DNA of 63,684 nt, filler included, from Phoronis australis (taxonomy: Eukaryota; Animalia; Phoronida), in assembly GCA_002633005.1 (NCBI GenBank). It is 6 parts of 6 records of this genome, joined end to end, with 100 filler letters (N's around TTAATTAATTAA, not from the genome) between each part and the next. Parts side by side here need not be neighbours in the genome. Positions count along the whole stretch, not along the records: positions 21,232 to 28,814 come from NMRA01002005.1; positions 28,915 to 41,425 come from NMRA01001633.1; 4 more parts are not named here. One strand, 5' to 3'. Position 1 is the first letter of the stretch. Each line of letters begins with the position of its first letter. Made by a program: the position numbers and the translations under genes. Shown piece by piece: positions 22,458-36,695 of this stretch. Under the pieces are notes generated by a model that saw only the letters and a list, made by a program, of their open reading frames with translations, ran no database searches and was not told the origin of the DNA.

Positions 22458-25020
22458 CAGCCAAACTCAAAATAACGTTCATTAGATTTTTGCACTTCTA
22501 TGAACGGCTGTAACGGGCAAGGTGAATGTCGGTTTATTCACAGATTATGCATGCACCCCTGCAGGTTATTTGCTCTAATTAAAGTTTCACTACGAGGTGA
22601 CGATGAGCTGAGCACCCGGTTGTGTGAAATTTCGGTGTTTAACGGAGCTCTACAGATACTAGCTGCAGTGTTTGTTGACGATAGTCTTCATACAGCTTTC
22701 TACCTCAGTATGTACATTTATGATGCAGCTTTTGTAAATACATCTATATAGTTTGTGTACCATACAATATTTTAAATGCATTCTTAGTTTTCACTTTGGG
22801 TTACTGCAGGATCAAATGTTCTGGAAAGAAATTTGTACTGTCGGGGTAAAGAATTCCGCAGCCCACGCTTGCCTACTAAAATCTGACAGTGACAGAAATT
22901 CTGCTTGAAGCTTTGAACACGTACGGTCTCTTCAAGAAGTATTCCTGTCTCTTGCGATGAATACTCGGTTCACTCTTATGTGTAGCTATTTCCCCTCGGC
23001 GTTTCCCACTAGCCGTTACCCGTGCGAGAGAGAGAGAGTCCTGCAGCTTGGGATAGCAGATTAGAATTTGATTATTTTGGTTAATTGATTGAAGAAATCT
23101 TTACAGAGGGCGCTAGCGTATTTACTCTTCTTTGTAGTTGATTACTTAATTAACAACAGTGTTCACTTATTCAATTAGTGGTTATCATATAATAAATTAA
23201 TTACTGGATTTAATCGTTCTCTCTAGCTCCATCTACGCACAATCTCAAAGCATACAGCTACCTTTTTTACAAACCCACACACAAACTCTGACAAGCAGCT
23301 AACAGAATATTCATACTGAATATGAGAAAGATGGGTGAGATAGCTCACAACATAAAATCCTTACATTCCCTCCAAAATGTTACACCTAGTTCCAAAACAA
23401 TTGTCTGAATAAAGTTGCCGGATTCCAGAAATGACCCCAAGCCATTACCAAATATGGTGTAGGCAGACAAAGTTAAGTAATTTCGATGGATAATAGTTCT
23501 GATTATTGTTGTCGGAAATGCCTCATCTCAAAGCTGACCAGTTTCAAAGACTTTAAAGGCCAAGTATGGTGCCAAAATGACTATTTTTATATCTAAAATA
23601 TATTTATTGATAAAAAAAAACATCAAAATACTGTGTCTTAGCATACCCCAGTCGTTAATTAAGTGGGCCTTCGACAGTACAGTAGCCCCATCACGAACCC
23701 CATTTAGCGCCAAAAAAACTTGAGACGGCGCTTGCACTAATCGAAGTCTATGACATCATCTTTACAACGAATTTGGCTTTCACCGTGTCTCCAGAGTATT
23801 GGAATCAGAGATGACTCGTTTTTTAATTTAGTGCAAAATACGTGGAAAATCAAGGAAACATGTTAATTTTTCATTTCATGTCAGTTAATATTAAAATTAA
23901 TCAAAGTCATTACCTTTAGAAGTTTTATTCAATTATTTAGCACACATTCTAATACGGGCCGTATGGGAATCCCGGGAGTGTGACTGGTGCCGTCGAAACA
24001 GCCGGAAAAACAAAACGCTTCGTCTGAATTGTTATCAGCAATTTCACAATGTTTATTATAAAGTATAATTTGTTTGATACAAAAACTTTGATGTTAGTAA
24101 CTTTCCATTCATGTCTTTTTGAAGACGAAGGTGTGAAAGTTGCGCGATTCCAATACGGACGGCTGTCCAGCGTGTGTCCCGTATGGGTATAGACGACAAC
24201 AGGCCATTTAATTTGGTGCAAAATACTTAGAAATGTTAGGCTTACAGCACATATCAGCATGATCTTTTCGTACAATGCAACTATATTCAAATTCATTGAA
24301 AATTTTATATTAGAAACTCAATTTTAAAAATAAGTTGCCTTGAAATGCTGCAACTCGTAATCGGTCAAGTTAAAAAAATTGAAAATTTAATAGCAACACA
24401 ACATTGTGCGTGTCTGTAATAAATTAAAACTACCGTATAAAGTCTGTATTGCATGAAAACATACCCAATAATAAGAATTTGTAATCAGTTGAACGTTTTA
24501 AATTCGATCAGTATCAGAATTCCGTTAGGCCTACGGGAACGACCCAAATCAGACAGAATATTCCGGATTTGGGCCATGATTCCCTGTACCCTGGGCCGGA
24601 ACAGTGACACGAAACGTCGAAGTGCACACTGCAGATTTTTTGTAGCCAACCAGCTAGCTGTTTGAAGGCTATCGCCAAAATTTAGCTAGGTAACACTGTG
24701 ACTTGAGCTCTGTTAAACCATAGACCATAGACTGTAGCCTATCACGGAATTTCATAGGCCTACCTACAGGCCGGGTATGAGTTGTCAGGTGACGTAATCG
24801 CCAAAAGCCGACTTCCAGGACCGCACTTAGCAGTACATGTAGATGAGCGGTAGGCCTAGAACTATAATTCTTCCAACACCGGTAAATAATTTGGTTTACT
24901 CAAAGAGCGGTGCAGCTTTTAATGACACTATTTCTGCATCAGATTTTATTTAGTCCTTTTTATCCACATCGACGCGAAGCTGTAGATTTTGTATACAGCT
25001 TTGCACCAAGCCTAAATCAG

Positions 25021-25171
25021 CCTCCCGTTCAGTAACGCTAGGACCTCACTAAAAAGCAAGACTTCGCGAGATTACGTGAGATATTGCCGTGTATTTCAAT
25101 TAAGAACACGTGACTTTGACTAGGTTTTAGCTAGGTCCTATCCTAGGTCCTAGCGTCTACTGAACACACGC
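25021..25171 (+). mobile_element. ~151-bp Harbinger/Tourist-type MITE, copy 1
   Basis: Inverted ends around GTTCAGTAACGCTAGGACCT; CAG on both flanks. Confidence 0.85.
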
Positions 25172-26178
25172 CAGATCTTGCCGATCGGGAAAGTTTGTCG
25201 CCAGGCCTTGTCGTGGATCTATTCCACGCACGACCACAACGTGATCGGTGGGGAAGTTGTGCAAGTGTACCCATTGCCACTGACATTGTTTTTAATTAGA
25301 CTAATTGTCTACAGCATCAGAAATGTCACTATTACGTCAAAGATGGCTAAAAATCAAAATAACGAATGTTTCCTCAAGGCGTATTGGCATTTCTCTGTAA
25401 CTAACTTCCTGCCTATATCTCGATTTGAAACCTACTTTGCCAAACTATTATTCGACCCCACCCACGAAATGCCGTCGATTTCTAAGACATGCTGTTTGGA
25501 ATTTCTTGTGCGACCCACTTAAAACTGAAGTGAACCAATGTTTCGTCCAAAAAGCGAACATGTCAGTTGTTCGCATTCATCGGTTTGCTAAGAACTCACA
25601 GTTTCGTTATCCGTTATGACCGTGCTTGGTGCATATACATGTAATGACACGCCGCGACAAGCCAACACGTAGAGTCTGAAATCTGAGTCTAGTCATAGGC
25701 GGATTTAGGGGGGGNNNNNNNNNNNNNNNNNNNNNNNNNNNNCCTGGCCCAATGAAAAGATTGAGCTAAAAGGATAGTTCTTTTCACCAGTTGAATTCTC
25801 AGTCATTTACGATGAAATTTAGTTTGAATTTTGTGATTTTGTATGAATTTTGGATCGACATAAATGCAGTTTCTCATTCGTCACTATGTTTACAATACAT
25901 AACATAAGCCATGGTTTACCAATATATCCAAAATTCAGCAAGAGCAAAATTTTGCCATTTTTTATGATTTTCAGAAGCTCATATATATTAGCGTGATGAA
26001 AAGTGGTGGAAAATGAAAAGTATGCCATCGAAATATTTAAACTTTCTTCTTTATATTGATATCCGTTTCAACAAATGGGAGCATTCATGAAAATCGAAGT
26101 ACTGCAGTACTTGAGAAGGGGATAAATTTTCAGTTGCTAAATGGCCGTTACTGAACCGATTTTAATGATATGTATATC

Positions 26179-26335
26179 CAGGGGCGGATCCAGGATTTTG
26201 TGTTAGGGGGACCAGAGCAGAGTATTAGCTAGGATTTTGTCATTCAGACATTGGCACTCCCGATCTGCCAAATGGAATCTGGGGGAATTTTAGGTGGGGT
26301 GTAGCCCTCTTGGCCCCTCTCTAAATCCGCTATTG
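26179..26335 (+). mobile_element. hAT-like non-autonomous element (CAGGGGCGGATCCAGG family)
   Basis: Shared 5' end with 44466, 56517, 58990; 3' AAATCCGCTATTG; flanks ATATC/ATGTC. Confidence 0.7.
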
Positions 26336-29065
26336 ATGTCAAACTGCTAAAAACATCTGCCTTAAGTGTACACTTTTATTTGTTTTGTTTTTTTGATAAA
26401 AGTATGGGAAAATGTAGTTTTTTTTTAATTTAATGCCTTTTCAATTTCTAACCTGGAAAAATCCTGCAAGTGTTCTCTTCCAAAAAAGGTAAATTCAGTC
26501 ATTTTCAAGAAGCATGCAGACCTTTCCAGGGTTAAAACTGAACTCAAATTTGATTGGTCAAATGGATTAAACAGAATCAGTCAAAACTTCCCTAAATTAC
26601 ATAAAGTGACCCAAATTGGTGAAATATTTTCATTATCACAGTAAAGAATATTTTTAAAATTCAATTTCAGTTTTGGGGATAGATTCAGTCTATTTTCTTC
26701 AAAAATAATTTTGTTACATGTTTTCTACCTTGTGGTGCTGTGATCAGTTTCATTTTTAAAAAATTATATTTTGCATTAATTGCATAATTGTTTATTCAAG
26801 GCTGCAGTACATCAAAACCGTTTAGAATTCGAGTATGCTCTTTTTGGATGGTCACTAACACAACGCCTCTCAATTCTTATATTATTTGACAGGAATAAAA
26901 TTGACTTAAATTTCATTGAAATTTTAATGTCCAATTTGATTTTGTTTAATTAAAAATGCACATGACCATTTTTACCATATGGTGCGTAACTTAAGATTGT
27001 GAAAACATTGATCTCACTTGGGGAAAAAAGAATAATTCGTATAACCTCAAAGATTTTTGAATAAATGACGAAATACTCTGAAAAAACTAGGTTTCTGGTT
27101 TTTGCTATTTTTGAAATCATTTGTTACACCAATTTCATTTTTAGAATTGTTTTGAAATATTTTGGAACAAAAAAAATATTTTCACCGAACCATGGTAATT
27201 CTTGAAGTGTTTTGTCGTTTTAAAAGTGGTTTGGTGACGATATGTTGTTAACCTACATGTAAAGGACTCTATCTTGTTTTAGCAACACAGTAAGCTATGG
27301 ATTCCTAAACATAGTTGCCTAAACTTGATATTTTTGTGGCCTGAAATTTTTGGGTGATATTTGCTGAAAAAAGGCTATTTTTGAGGCTGCAAAAATTAAA
27401 AACTCGAAAATATATTTCAAAAATATATATAAATGGCTAAAGCTACCATTTTAGACTATTGAAGTGTTTCTGATGAAATTTGTATTTTGCTTTGCTCCGA
27501 CAGCTCTATTTTGTAAAACATAGTATGCAAAGGGTGTTTTTGTATTCCTTCTCAGAAATGTATGCAACACTTTATGTAATGTTGTTATGTTTTTTTTCCT
27601 GTTTGTTATTGTAAAAATCCCATTGCATATTCGTGTTGTCAGTTTTCACTTACCAATTGTAAAGTAAGGCAGGGGAATCCCAGACCCCTGCTACTTACTC
27701 ATTGGAACTGGGAAAATAAAAAAAATGAAAAATGTCTATTTTGTGTGTTCTGTGCTATCTGATAACCACTAAAAATAAGGCTGACAGAACACCTTTCATA
27801 ACCCGAATCTTTACCTCTCATGTTCTCTATTTCAAATTTTGTGGTATTTTGTTTCAGTTGGTGGTTTCATTTCATGTTCTAACTTTCTCTTTTCTTCTGC
27901 AGGCAAAAATATAACACTTAAAACTGAATTCCCTTCACTGTGTATAAAGTGCAAAAACTTAATTTATAAAAAATATACTATACAAGTTTCCTTTCGAACA
28001 TTGTATATCTGTTGGGGTCACAAAACCCTAAAGAGAATTACAGTGCCAACTGGTCCTTCCAAATTTTGACGTTTTCAATTCAATCGCTGGTTGTCTCCAC
28101 TACTCAATAGTGGCACTGATTCTGTTGCGGCAATTAAACATTCACGCTCAATGCGATATTGAAAATTAACTCACTAGATTTTTGTTAAAAAGCCATAGAA
28201 GAGTCCTGGGGGAAAAGTTCACTTTCACAAAATCACGTTCCAGATACAACTCTTCGTCCCATATTACTTTATAGATATTCTATGTATTTGTAACATTTAG
28301 AGGATGTTCAGACGCTGAAAGAGAGGAATAGACATTAGGTCTTAATGGGCATGCCCACCTTCATAATCATAAGTAGCACTTGCCAAGAAACTGTGGAGAA
28401 TACATCAACTCAGTTGACATGGAGAGCATGATGTGCTGCTATTGAAAATATTGAGAGTCCTTTTCGATTACATTCACGAAGCCCATTTTGAATGAGCAGC
28501 AAACAGGGTCATGCACATCGTTAGTGCTTATGTCCCGTGGCCCGCGAGATGCGCAACGTGCTCTAACGGGAGTTGGCAGTCCCTATCTGTAGTCTATGGT
28601 GAGTTCGAATCTGTGAGTTCGAGTCTGTCGAACTCGCAGTTTTTCCTATGTGACATCAGAAATCAAGGAAAATGCTTGATTTTTAGAGGAAAAAACAGAA
28701 AAATTTCCTGGGCGGGAGGGGGCAAACGCCCCTCCCGATCTCCCCCCATTCGGTGCTATGCACATCTACAATCGTGGTTGGCGCAAATGCTTGCAGCCGG
28801 ACAAAATGTTGGCCNNNNNNNNNNNNNNNNNNNNNNNNNNNNNNNNNNNNNNNNNNNNTTAATTAATTAANNNNNNNNNNNNNNNNNNNNNNNNNNNNNN
28901 NNNNNNNNNNNNNNCATAAATTGTGGTTGCACCTTTTCGGAGTGCATCTTTCTACTGTCGCTGACTTTTGTTTACGTTACTGTCCTGTATTCACACAGTA
29001 GGAATAACATAGCCCTGCTAGTTAAACCGGCCAGATGACGGCGTGTCGAGGGGGTTTCAGAGCAA

Positions 29066-29455
29066 TTGACCTATCGCCAGGATTATGACGGACGGCTTAA
29101 TTGACCAATCAGAACACCGCAATCTTGGCACACCTTCGTCTGCGTTTCCAAGCCGCCATTTTACCCGACAAACCACACGCAGTCGAGTAAAACTTACTTT
29201 AGTCTATAGCTCAAGAAATTGTCCGCTAAGAATGGGGAAACGGTGCTGATATGACGTGTGTAGCACCGACAGCCGTTATGCTGCTCCAGAATAATATCCC
29301 GTCATTTTTTGGCATGTCCTAAGCCGAAAAATGATGTTGAAAAGCGTAAGCTATGGATCAAACTGTACGGCCACACGACCAGCTGAACTTAGCGATGTTG
29401 CTTGATAACTCGAAGGCTATCATAAACACAAATATATTACTTCCAAGATACGCAT
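29066..29455 (+). mobile_element. Terminus and degenerate THAP ORF of a DNA transposon
   Basis: From ATG 29232: MGKRC*YDVCSTDSRY...PKPKNDVEKRKLWIK; 29066-29180 matches the reverse complement of 46145-46257. Confidence 0.6.
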
Positions 29456-30121
29456 TTTTCAGCTTGATTGCTATGGTGCAGAGCTATCTCAGATTTTGAC
29501 TCCCGAGTTGGCTACGTCTGGCCGCCTTTGTCTCGGCACCTGCTGGATCTCAGCACTCTAGCGGTAGTCCCCGGAAATTGTTGTTTTCAAGGACATTTTC
29601 ATTTTATGTTTTTTTATTTATTTCAACCTAATGGACATTATTTTGTTTCGTATCAGAGGTACAGTTTTGTTATTCATAAACCGTAAGCTGGCGTTCAACT
29701 GAACTTCTCTCCCGGTCAAAATTCAGAGATTTGATCGGCACAGGGAAGGGCACTGGATTACTGCCGGAACTCAAAGCCTTGGTCGAGCTGTTGTCACTAA
29801 AAATAAACTGTTGAATTACTTTTTGACGGGTACCTCACTATGTCTGTAGAGTTAGAGAGAGCTCATTTTGGAGTGGTTCAAACATGATATTTAGATTTAT
29901 GAAGCTTTAAAAAAGAATTTGAGTTATTTTTGTAAATACCGTATTTTTGCAACTACCACACCAGACTTGTAATCTTTTGTAACCATACCACGACTTAGTG
30001 ATCCATGCTACCTTCAAAATTAAATGAAAGCTACCTTTATGGAATGAAACTACAAAAAAATACCAAGTTCATAAGAACGTTGGCCTAATTTAAATGTCTT
30101 AATGGTGCAAACGGACAATTC

Positions 30122-30429
30122 CATAGGCGGATTTTGGGGGGTAGGGGCCCCAGCCCCCCCCCCCTTGGCTGCCGCAAGCAAAATGAAACAGCAAGAGCGT
30201 GAGGAAATATTGAGTTCAGTAACTAGGACCGGTAGCAGAAGAGGGGGGACTCAGACCCCAGATCGCGGCGGAATCGTGTTCCTGTTTTTTTAGTCCACCG
30301 ATAAATTTTCTGAACAGAAGGTCCAACGGTCTACATCCCTGGCCGCCTGTGCACATACAATCGCACTTTGCCCAATTCCACGAGGCAACATATGTTGGGC
30401 CCCCCTGTGGTATCCTAGATGCGCCACTG
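30122..30429. mobile_element. hAT-like non-autonomous element with 5-bp TSD
   Basis: CATAGGCGGATTT...GATGCGCCACTG; AATTC on both flanks. Confidence 0.7.
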
Positions 30430-31829
30430 AATTCCAAACATTAATTTTACTTAGACACAGCCCTAGACCTACCGGAGGACGAGATGAGTGTGTACCTGAG
30501 CTATGAACCTGAATTTTTTTATCAAAATATTTCGTTACAAGATTAGAAAACCTATCGAGTCGATCTAATCAGAGACTATAGTGCATGTGTTGTCTGTAAT
30601 CTATGATCTACTTTACTCCAAGAGTCCCACCAGTTGTGACCTACTTTTCATTTGGCGAAATTTAGCAGACGACAGAATAAAAATATCGGTGAATCTTCAG
30701 ATTTTATTCGAAAGATCATGATATCTATGGAATCGTACAGATAATTGAACTTTAAGCTACATACCCAGCTTTACATGAACATATCGCATCAGTGGCCTTG
30801 TCATTTGTCAGGTGAAGGTAGCCCCGAGGCCGAGGGGTTCTTCGGATTTTCTCTGGCTCGTCGAGCACTTATTTTTTCATCGTCACCTTTACAAATTCCC
30901 ATATCATGAACGTACGATGCACTGTTGAAAAGCATCGCCTCTTGTCTCTATCGACGCGTTTTCAAATAGTACAAAAACACACATCGATTCCACCAGGAAC
31001 GTCGTTTAGCGACAGTGTATTTGCCTCTGACATCTCGTTCGAATGTCGGGTATCACGTGACTTTTCGCATAGGGGCGGAGCTTGCGATAGGTCAATTCTT
31101 ATTGTAGCCTACATGTGCGTGCTTCAAGCACGCGGTTACTAAACATTACTGAAACGAAATAGTTGCCGCTACGACACTAGATAAGGCTAAAAACCGTTTT
31201 TTAGTCGGCCATTTTCTCATTAAATTGTTGTAAAGCTAACCAATGACAGCAGAGGTCATCAATCAATGACGTGATACCTGCGTTCTGACTCGACACGCAG
31301 GGAACCAGCGAGCACTTTGAGGCATTGTTGGCGCTACGTCAGACTTGTGAGCAATGCCATAACATGTAGATCGACTGTAGTTATAGTTTGGCCTTCATGT
31401 CCGTCTCGGGTTTGAAGTGTGTTAGGGGCCATCTGGAACACCACTGGTATTTTCGCACATGACCTCAAAATTCCTCTTAGAGGTGAACGCAGAAATATGT
31501 GCACGTACAGGCTTCAGTCGTAAGGCCGAAGCGAATCGCAGGACTTTCAAACTGAAGGAAAATTGGCCGTATGGCTGAAGTTCGCACATGCTCAAAGTTC
31601 ACCCCGAGGTAAATTGGGACAATGAAAATACATGTACATGTACGCAAGTCCTTCTGATTGGTCTGTTGTCTCACTTGTCGAAAAGGTCAGTTAGAGCATA
31701 CGTTTTACTTCATAAGTATGAATACTTTATTTTGGAATGTGGCTTCTGCACCTCAGATGTCAACAAATAATTTTAAAAATCTTATTTACTATGAATGTCA
31801 CTTGATCTATTTTCTGCATCTTTTTACAG

Positions 31830-31988
31830 GCATTGGCAGGTAACCAGATTGATCACATCGATTCCGTTCGTACCCAGTTTTTCAACCCACCCTTCGATGG
31901 CAAATTTGTTAGATTGTGGATGATATCTGCCGAGTCCTACGCCGCCTTGCGGATGGAAATATACGGCTGTCCGAATACCGCTTCTTAA
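31830..31988 (+). CDS. Terminal coding exon of a discoidin (F5/8 type C) domain protein
   Basis: ttttacag|ALAGNQIDHIDSVRTQFFNPPFDGKFVRLWMISAESYAALRMEIYGCPNTAS*; AATAAA at ~32119; upstream exons not located. Confidence 0.85.
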   Translation, partial: ALAGNQIDHIDSVRTQFFNPPFDGKFVRLWMISAESYAALRMEIYGCPNTAS

Positions 31989-33682
31989 AGTGCTTTGTGA
32001 ATATAAGCGAATGGATGTATATGCAATCAATTTGTATTGCCTTTGCTCAGGTTAAGAACCTGCTGCCTGTATTGGCATCTACTGCTATGAAGTGGAATGT
32101 TTTCAATGTTTTCTTCGCAATAAATAGTCTATTGGAATTTTGGAACGTGCGACATTGAAAGTGTAAGCCGTAGCGCCCGAACCTGATTAAGTTTGTCAAT
32201 CAGGTGTTTGGGGCAATGGTGCTGAGCGGCCCGTGCACGTCCGATGCAACTATTTTTTAAAAGGATACCTACCTTGATCGACCTATCGACATACGTGTAT
32301 TTCAAGTGGCGTTCCCGCCCAGTTCTCTGAAACAAAATAATGCCCTATAACCTTCTACAACACTCAAACGTTAGGAGCAAATTTGGTAAAGTCATTACAA
32401 AGTCTGTTGAACGGACAAGTGTGACCTACGCTTTAGGCCAGTTACACGACCGGAAAGCCAACACGCCGAGAACCGCGGCAATATCCAATCTTTGACACAG
32501 GTAATATGTGTTTTAGATGATTTGTGTTTTTATCACTCAAGTGAGACGACAACGGTGCATTAACAGGTGACAGAACAAGGATTGGCTAAAATCACCAAAA
32601 TAGAATTTAGTATACTTTTAGCCATTACTAAACACGCTGAATTGAAAGTAAAAGTTCGCGAATTCTTATTCCGCGAAAGTTCAGTACACAAAACATACCG
32701 ATATGCCATGTTTGATAAGGTGGCTAAAGTTTTCGTATTGTCCTCTTAACGGTATAAATCCCATACCCATCTTGCCTGAGGTATGTGGAACGTTTAAGAT
32801 GGTCATGTCCCATGCTGCGACAAAGGTGGAATTGAGGATAAATGACATTTTCTTTGGTGTAAGTTGGTGTGAGACATCAATCTTCCTGCCTTAACAATCT
32901 TACAGATGTTCTCAGAACGATTATGAAATCAAAAAATAAATGTATGTACGCAAGGCTTCAAAATTGCTTTAACTGCAGAAAATCGGAACAGTGTTGCTCA
33001 ATGTCAAAGGCTGCATGATTGTATAAACATCACATATAGGCGCCAGCGTCCAATTGCAGATACCAAATGAACGTTTACAGGTACAACTTCCCGTAAAAGA
33101 GTAAGCCATGCTGTACACGATTGGTCATCCGAACTAATATGACTGCATTAGATCTTAGGCAAAGTAATGTAAAAGTGTGACCAATAGCGCACCTTCTGTG
33201 TTGATTGTTCAATGTGCGGTCGATCGTTGGTCGTGACGTCGTGTTCCCTGGCATTTTGCTTCGTACACGTTTTTCTCTTTTGCCTCAGGCGTTGCACATA
33301 GATTTATTGCGTTTTTTGATTTTCAGTAGCTGCACTGGTTGCCAGATTTTTGACAGGTTTCAACAGGCTTGTCCAAATATCGTGTCTGAACAAGAGATTG
33401 GCGTATTTCGGGTTTGGAAACCTACGTTTCAAGTTGTTTTCTTGAATCAGTACTTACGCCTTCCTAGAAATTTGGAAATTCTCCACACCATATACCTACT
33501 TGTCTTGTCGATTTCCCCAGTATTCAAAAGAATTAAACTTTCCAGGTCACTGACAAGATAACTCAGAAATCTCTCGACTTGCGGCCATTTTTTTACATGA
33601 GACGCCCCTAATGTTATTGACGGCTATCCAGTGCTAAATGTTTCTCTCGTGCACTTTCGGGATGGATTCCTTCGAAAGCCTG

Positions 33683-33832
33683 CCTCCCGTTCAGTAGCTC
33701 TAGAACCTCGCTAAAAAGCAAGACTTCGCGAGATTACGGGAAACATTGCCGTGTATTTTAAATGAGAGCACGTGACTTTGACTAGATTTTTGCTAGGTCC
33801 TAGCGTAGGTCCTAGCGTTACTGAACGCACGC
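33683..33832 (+). mobile_element. Same MITE, copy 2
   Basis: High identity to 25021-25171; flanks CTG/CAG. Confidence 0.85.
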
Positions 33833-36121
33833 CAGATGTCAATTTTTGTGAAGTTTTAGAACCGAAAACCATGACTGGGTGTAAGTTGGTTATGAAATAT
33901 ATCTGTGGCCTGCCGGAAGGAGTAATAGTTTTTCGGATTATCTTTGCCTATGCCAACTGGTTGCTTGTTCGGTGTTGACGATTTCAGTGGTCTAAGAGGC
34001 ATATGCCCGAACATATTCAGGTGTACATGTCCCCGTAACGAAGTAGAGTATTTCCGTAAGCGAGAACTGAAAAAGACGTCACCAGCCGGGGATAACCAGT
34101 TTCAGTAGTAGAAGTATTTAGTTATAGACAGGTTGCGTGTTTCTGACATGAGTGTAAAATGGCAAAGGCAAAAACCCCAACTTGAGTGGTTGATTTTGAC
34201 GTTATCACTGGTCTGGGTCAATGAATGACCATGCTGGCACCGTGTTTCGAGGCACCTGAAAAAGAAATAACTGACAGAAGGCAAACTCTATGGGTTTCTT
34301 GAACTTGAAGAAATTCAACAAAGCCTGATGTCTTTTTGAATTGCAACACTGTACATCCACCGGAAAAGTTGAGCTGCAAAAATGTTTTAAAAATTTTGGT
34401 CTCTGTGTACCCAAAATAGCAAATTCCGAATAGTCCTGTTGCAAAGAGGGAGACCATAGTCCGAATTCCCTTGCTCTCTAGAATTTATGTTTAAATAATT
34501 ATGTAATCACCGACCAAATTTTCCAAATTTTCTTCTTCAAAGGGTAGCTGGATTCGCGCCAAAAATTCAGCATTGAACAAGGATGTGCTCAGAAAATTGG
34601 CTGGACTTCCGAATCCCTGTAGATAAGAGCAGGCCCAAATTTCTGAATTCACTTTACTCAAAACAACTTTACGGAACAACTGAATGACATTCTTGGTAAA
34701 CGGTTTTCATTTAGTCCACAAACTTGATCCACGCCATTTTCTACAAAGACCCGAACCGTGGCCATAGACCGACCCATGTAAACTATTTTCGATCTTCCCG
34801 ATAGTGATTACTACTCGGATAAAGGGAACAACAAAGAGAGAGCCGTCTGAGATCGAACATACCTTTAAAATGTATTTGTTTTGGACCTCGCTGATATCGA
34901 ATAATCTGTAAAATCCAATATAGCATTGGCCTCTCACCATTGCTGTGTGCGCACATCAATATGGAGAAACTGACCTGGGTTCTTCTTGTTATTTTGACAA
35001 GGTTTTGTAACGGTAAGCGAGACAATAGTATCTCGGACTTTCTGCAGTAGTTGCGATTGAATTACTACAAGTTGAGGCCCTTTTTATTGCAACATTGGTA
35101 GTTTGAAGGAATATTTACTGTTGTTGTCAGATACAGGTTCACGGCTTTTTACAGGTCGTACAGTACTTATGCTGAAACAGGTGAAGTCTTGGAAAATTAC
35201 ACAATGGTTTTCGCTCTGATAATGAAATCTCTTACAACAGAGAAATTAGATTAAACGTTACTCTGAAATATTTAATTTTGTTTTACTTTTTGTTCTTGTA
35301 TTTCATTAAATGCGCTGATGATGATTGACGGGTATCATCCCGTATTGACAAAAGGTTGTTCATTATGGAGAAGTGATGACTTCAAAAATTTTAATGTGGC
35401 TGTTTAATACCAATTTTAGTCAGTTGTGATTTTATCAAGAATATGTACGACCTGTCGGCTACTACAGTATGTGGAATTAGCAAAATATCCACAAAAGTGT
35501 ACATTCTAACTCAGTACGCAATCTGCCATTGATTGGAACGCGTGACCATGTCTTTACAGTAAAGCTCAGCACAAGGAAGAATACTTCGGTAACAAAACGA
35601 CGGCATTAATAGCACGATCAAATTTCATTTGATCTAAATGTTGAAGATCAGATCTCAAAAACTTACCTTTTTAATTTCCCTCTTGTTATCGTTTTATGCA
35701 ACAATTGTGTTTTTGTCATCAAAATCATAAATGTCTTGCTTTTCATAGCCTTCAAAAGGAAAAAAATTAAAAAATTACTTGTAAGCTTTGGAGGACGGGT
35801 GCGTGGTACCCGAGAGTTTCATATGAATCCGATCAGCCATTTCGGTGAAATGTTCCTCCGTTTTCTTTGATTCTCATGATGGCAATTTCATGTGCAATAC
35901 ATACGTAAGGTAATTGTCAACAAGCACGAAGTTCTTTTGCATTACACCGCATTTTTACTATTTTACTAAGTTCTTACGGAATCCCAACGGTTGCAAAAAT
36001 GAATTTTCACTTTAAAAAGTCACACAGTCGTTCTCAATCACGTGACATCGTATTTTGAGAAAAGTGACTCTTTATTTTAACTTCGTAAGTTTCCTGTAGG
36101 CAACATTTGTTCGGCCTATAC

Positions 36122-36129
36122 TATGTATG

Positions 36130-36163
<34 letters not shown>

Positions 36164-36305
36164 TGTATGTATGTATGTATGTATGTATGTATGTATCTAT
36201 GTATGTATGTATGTATGTATGTATGTATGTATGTATGTATGTATGTATCTATGTATGTATGTATGTATGTATGTATGTATGTATGTATGTATGTATGTAT
36301 GTATG
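36122..36305. repeat. (TATG)n microsatellite
   Basis: ~45 units with occasional TATC/TATA variants. Confidence 0.98.
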
Positions 36306-36544
36306 TTGAAAGCACGACTGTACGTTTTGTTAGATAGCTTAACATATACTCGCTCGTAATCTCTAAACAATCTGCTACCTTCAGGTGTGCAGGTACATGT
36401 ATGAAGTAAAACACCAAGAGACATTACGGACAAACGAGTTTAAACACTAGATAAATCTCGAGACCACAATGTCTCATCGTCAGGCAATGAGCGAAAGAAA
36501 TATATAGGAAGCGAAAGAAACAGTGAAATAGAATGTGACAGCAG

Positions 36545-36695
36545 GCGTGCGTTCAGTAGACGCTAGGACCTACGCTAGGACCTAGCTAAAACCTAGTCAA
36601 AGTCACGTGTTCTTATTTACAATACACGGCAATATCTCACGTAATCTCGCGAAGTCTTGCTTTTTAGCGAGGTCCTAGCGTTACTGAACGGGAGG
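36545..36695 (-). mobile_element. Same MITE, copy 3 (inverted)
   Basis: Reverse complement of copies 1 and 2; CAG on both flanks. Confidence 0.85.

Noticed and set aside
33200-33590. Possible Crypton/tyrosine-recombinase remnant (also 44850-45150)
   Set aside because: Only vague peptide resemblance; no catalytic motifs readable
36107-36433. MYVC/HTYI repeat ORFs
   Set aside because: Translations of the (TATG)n microsatellite
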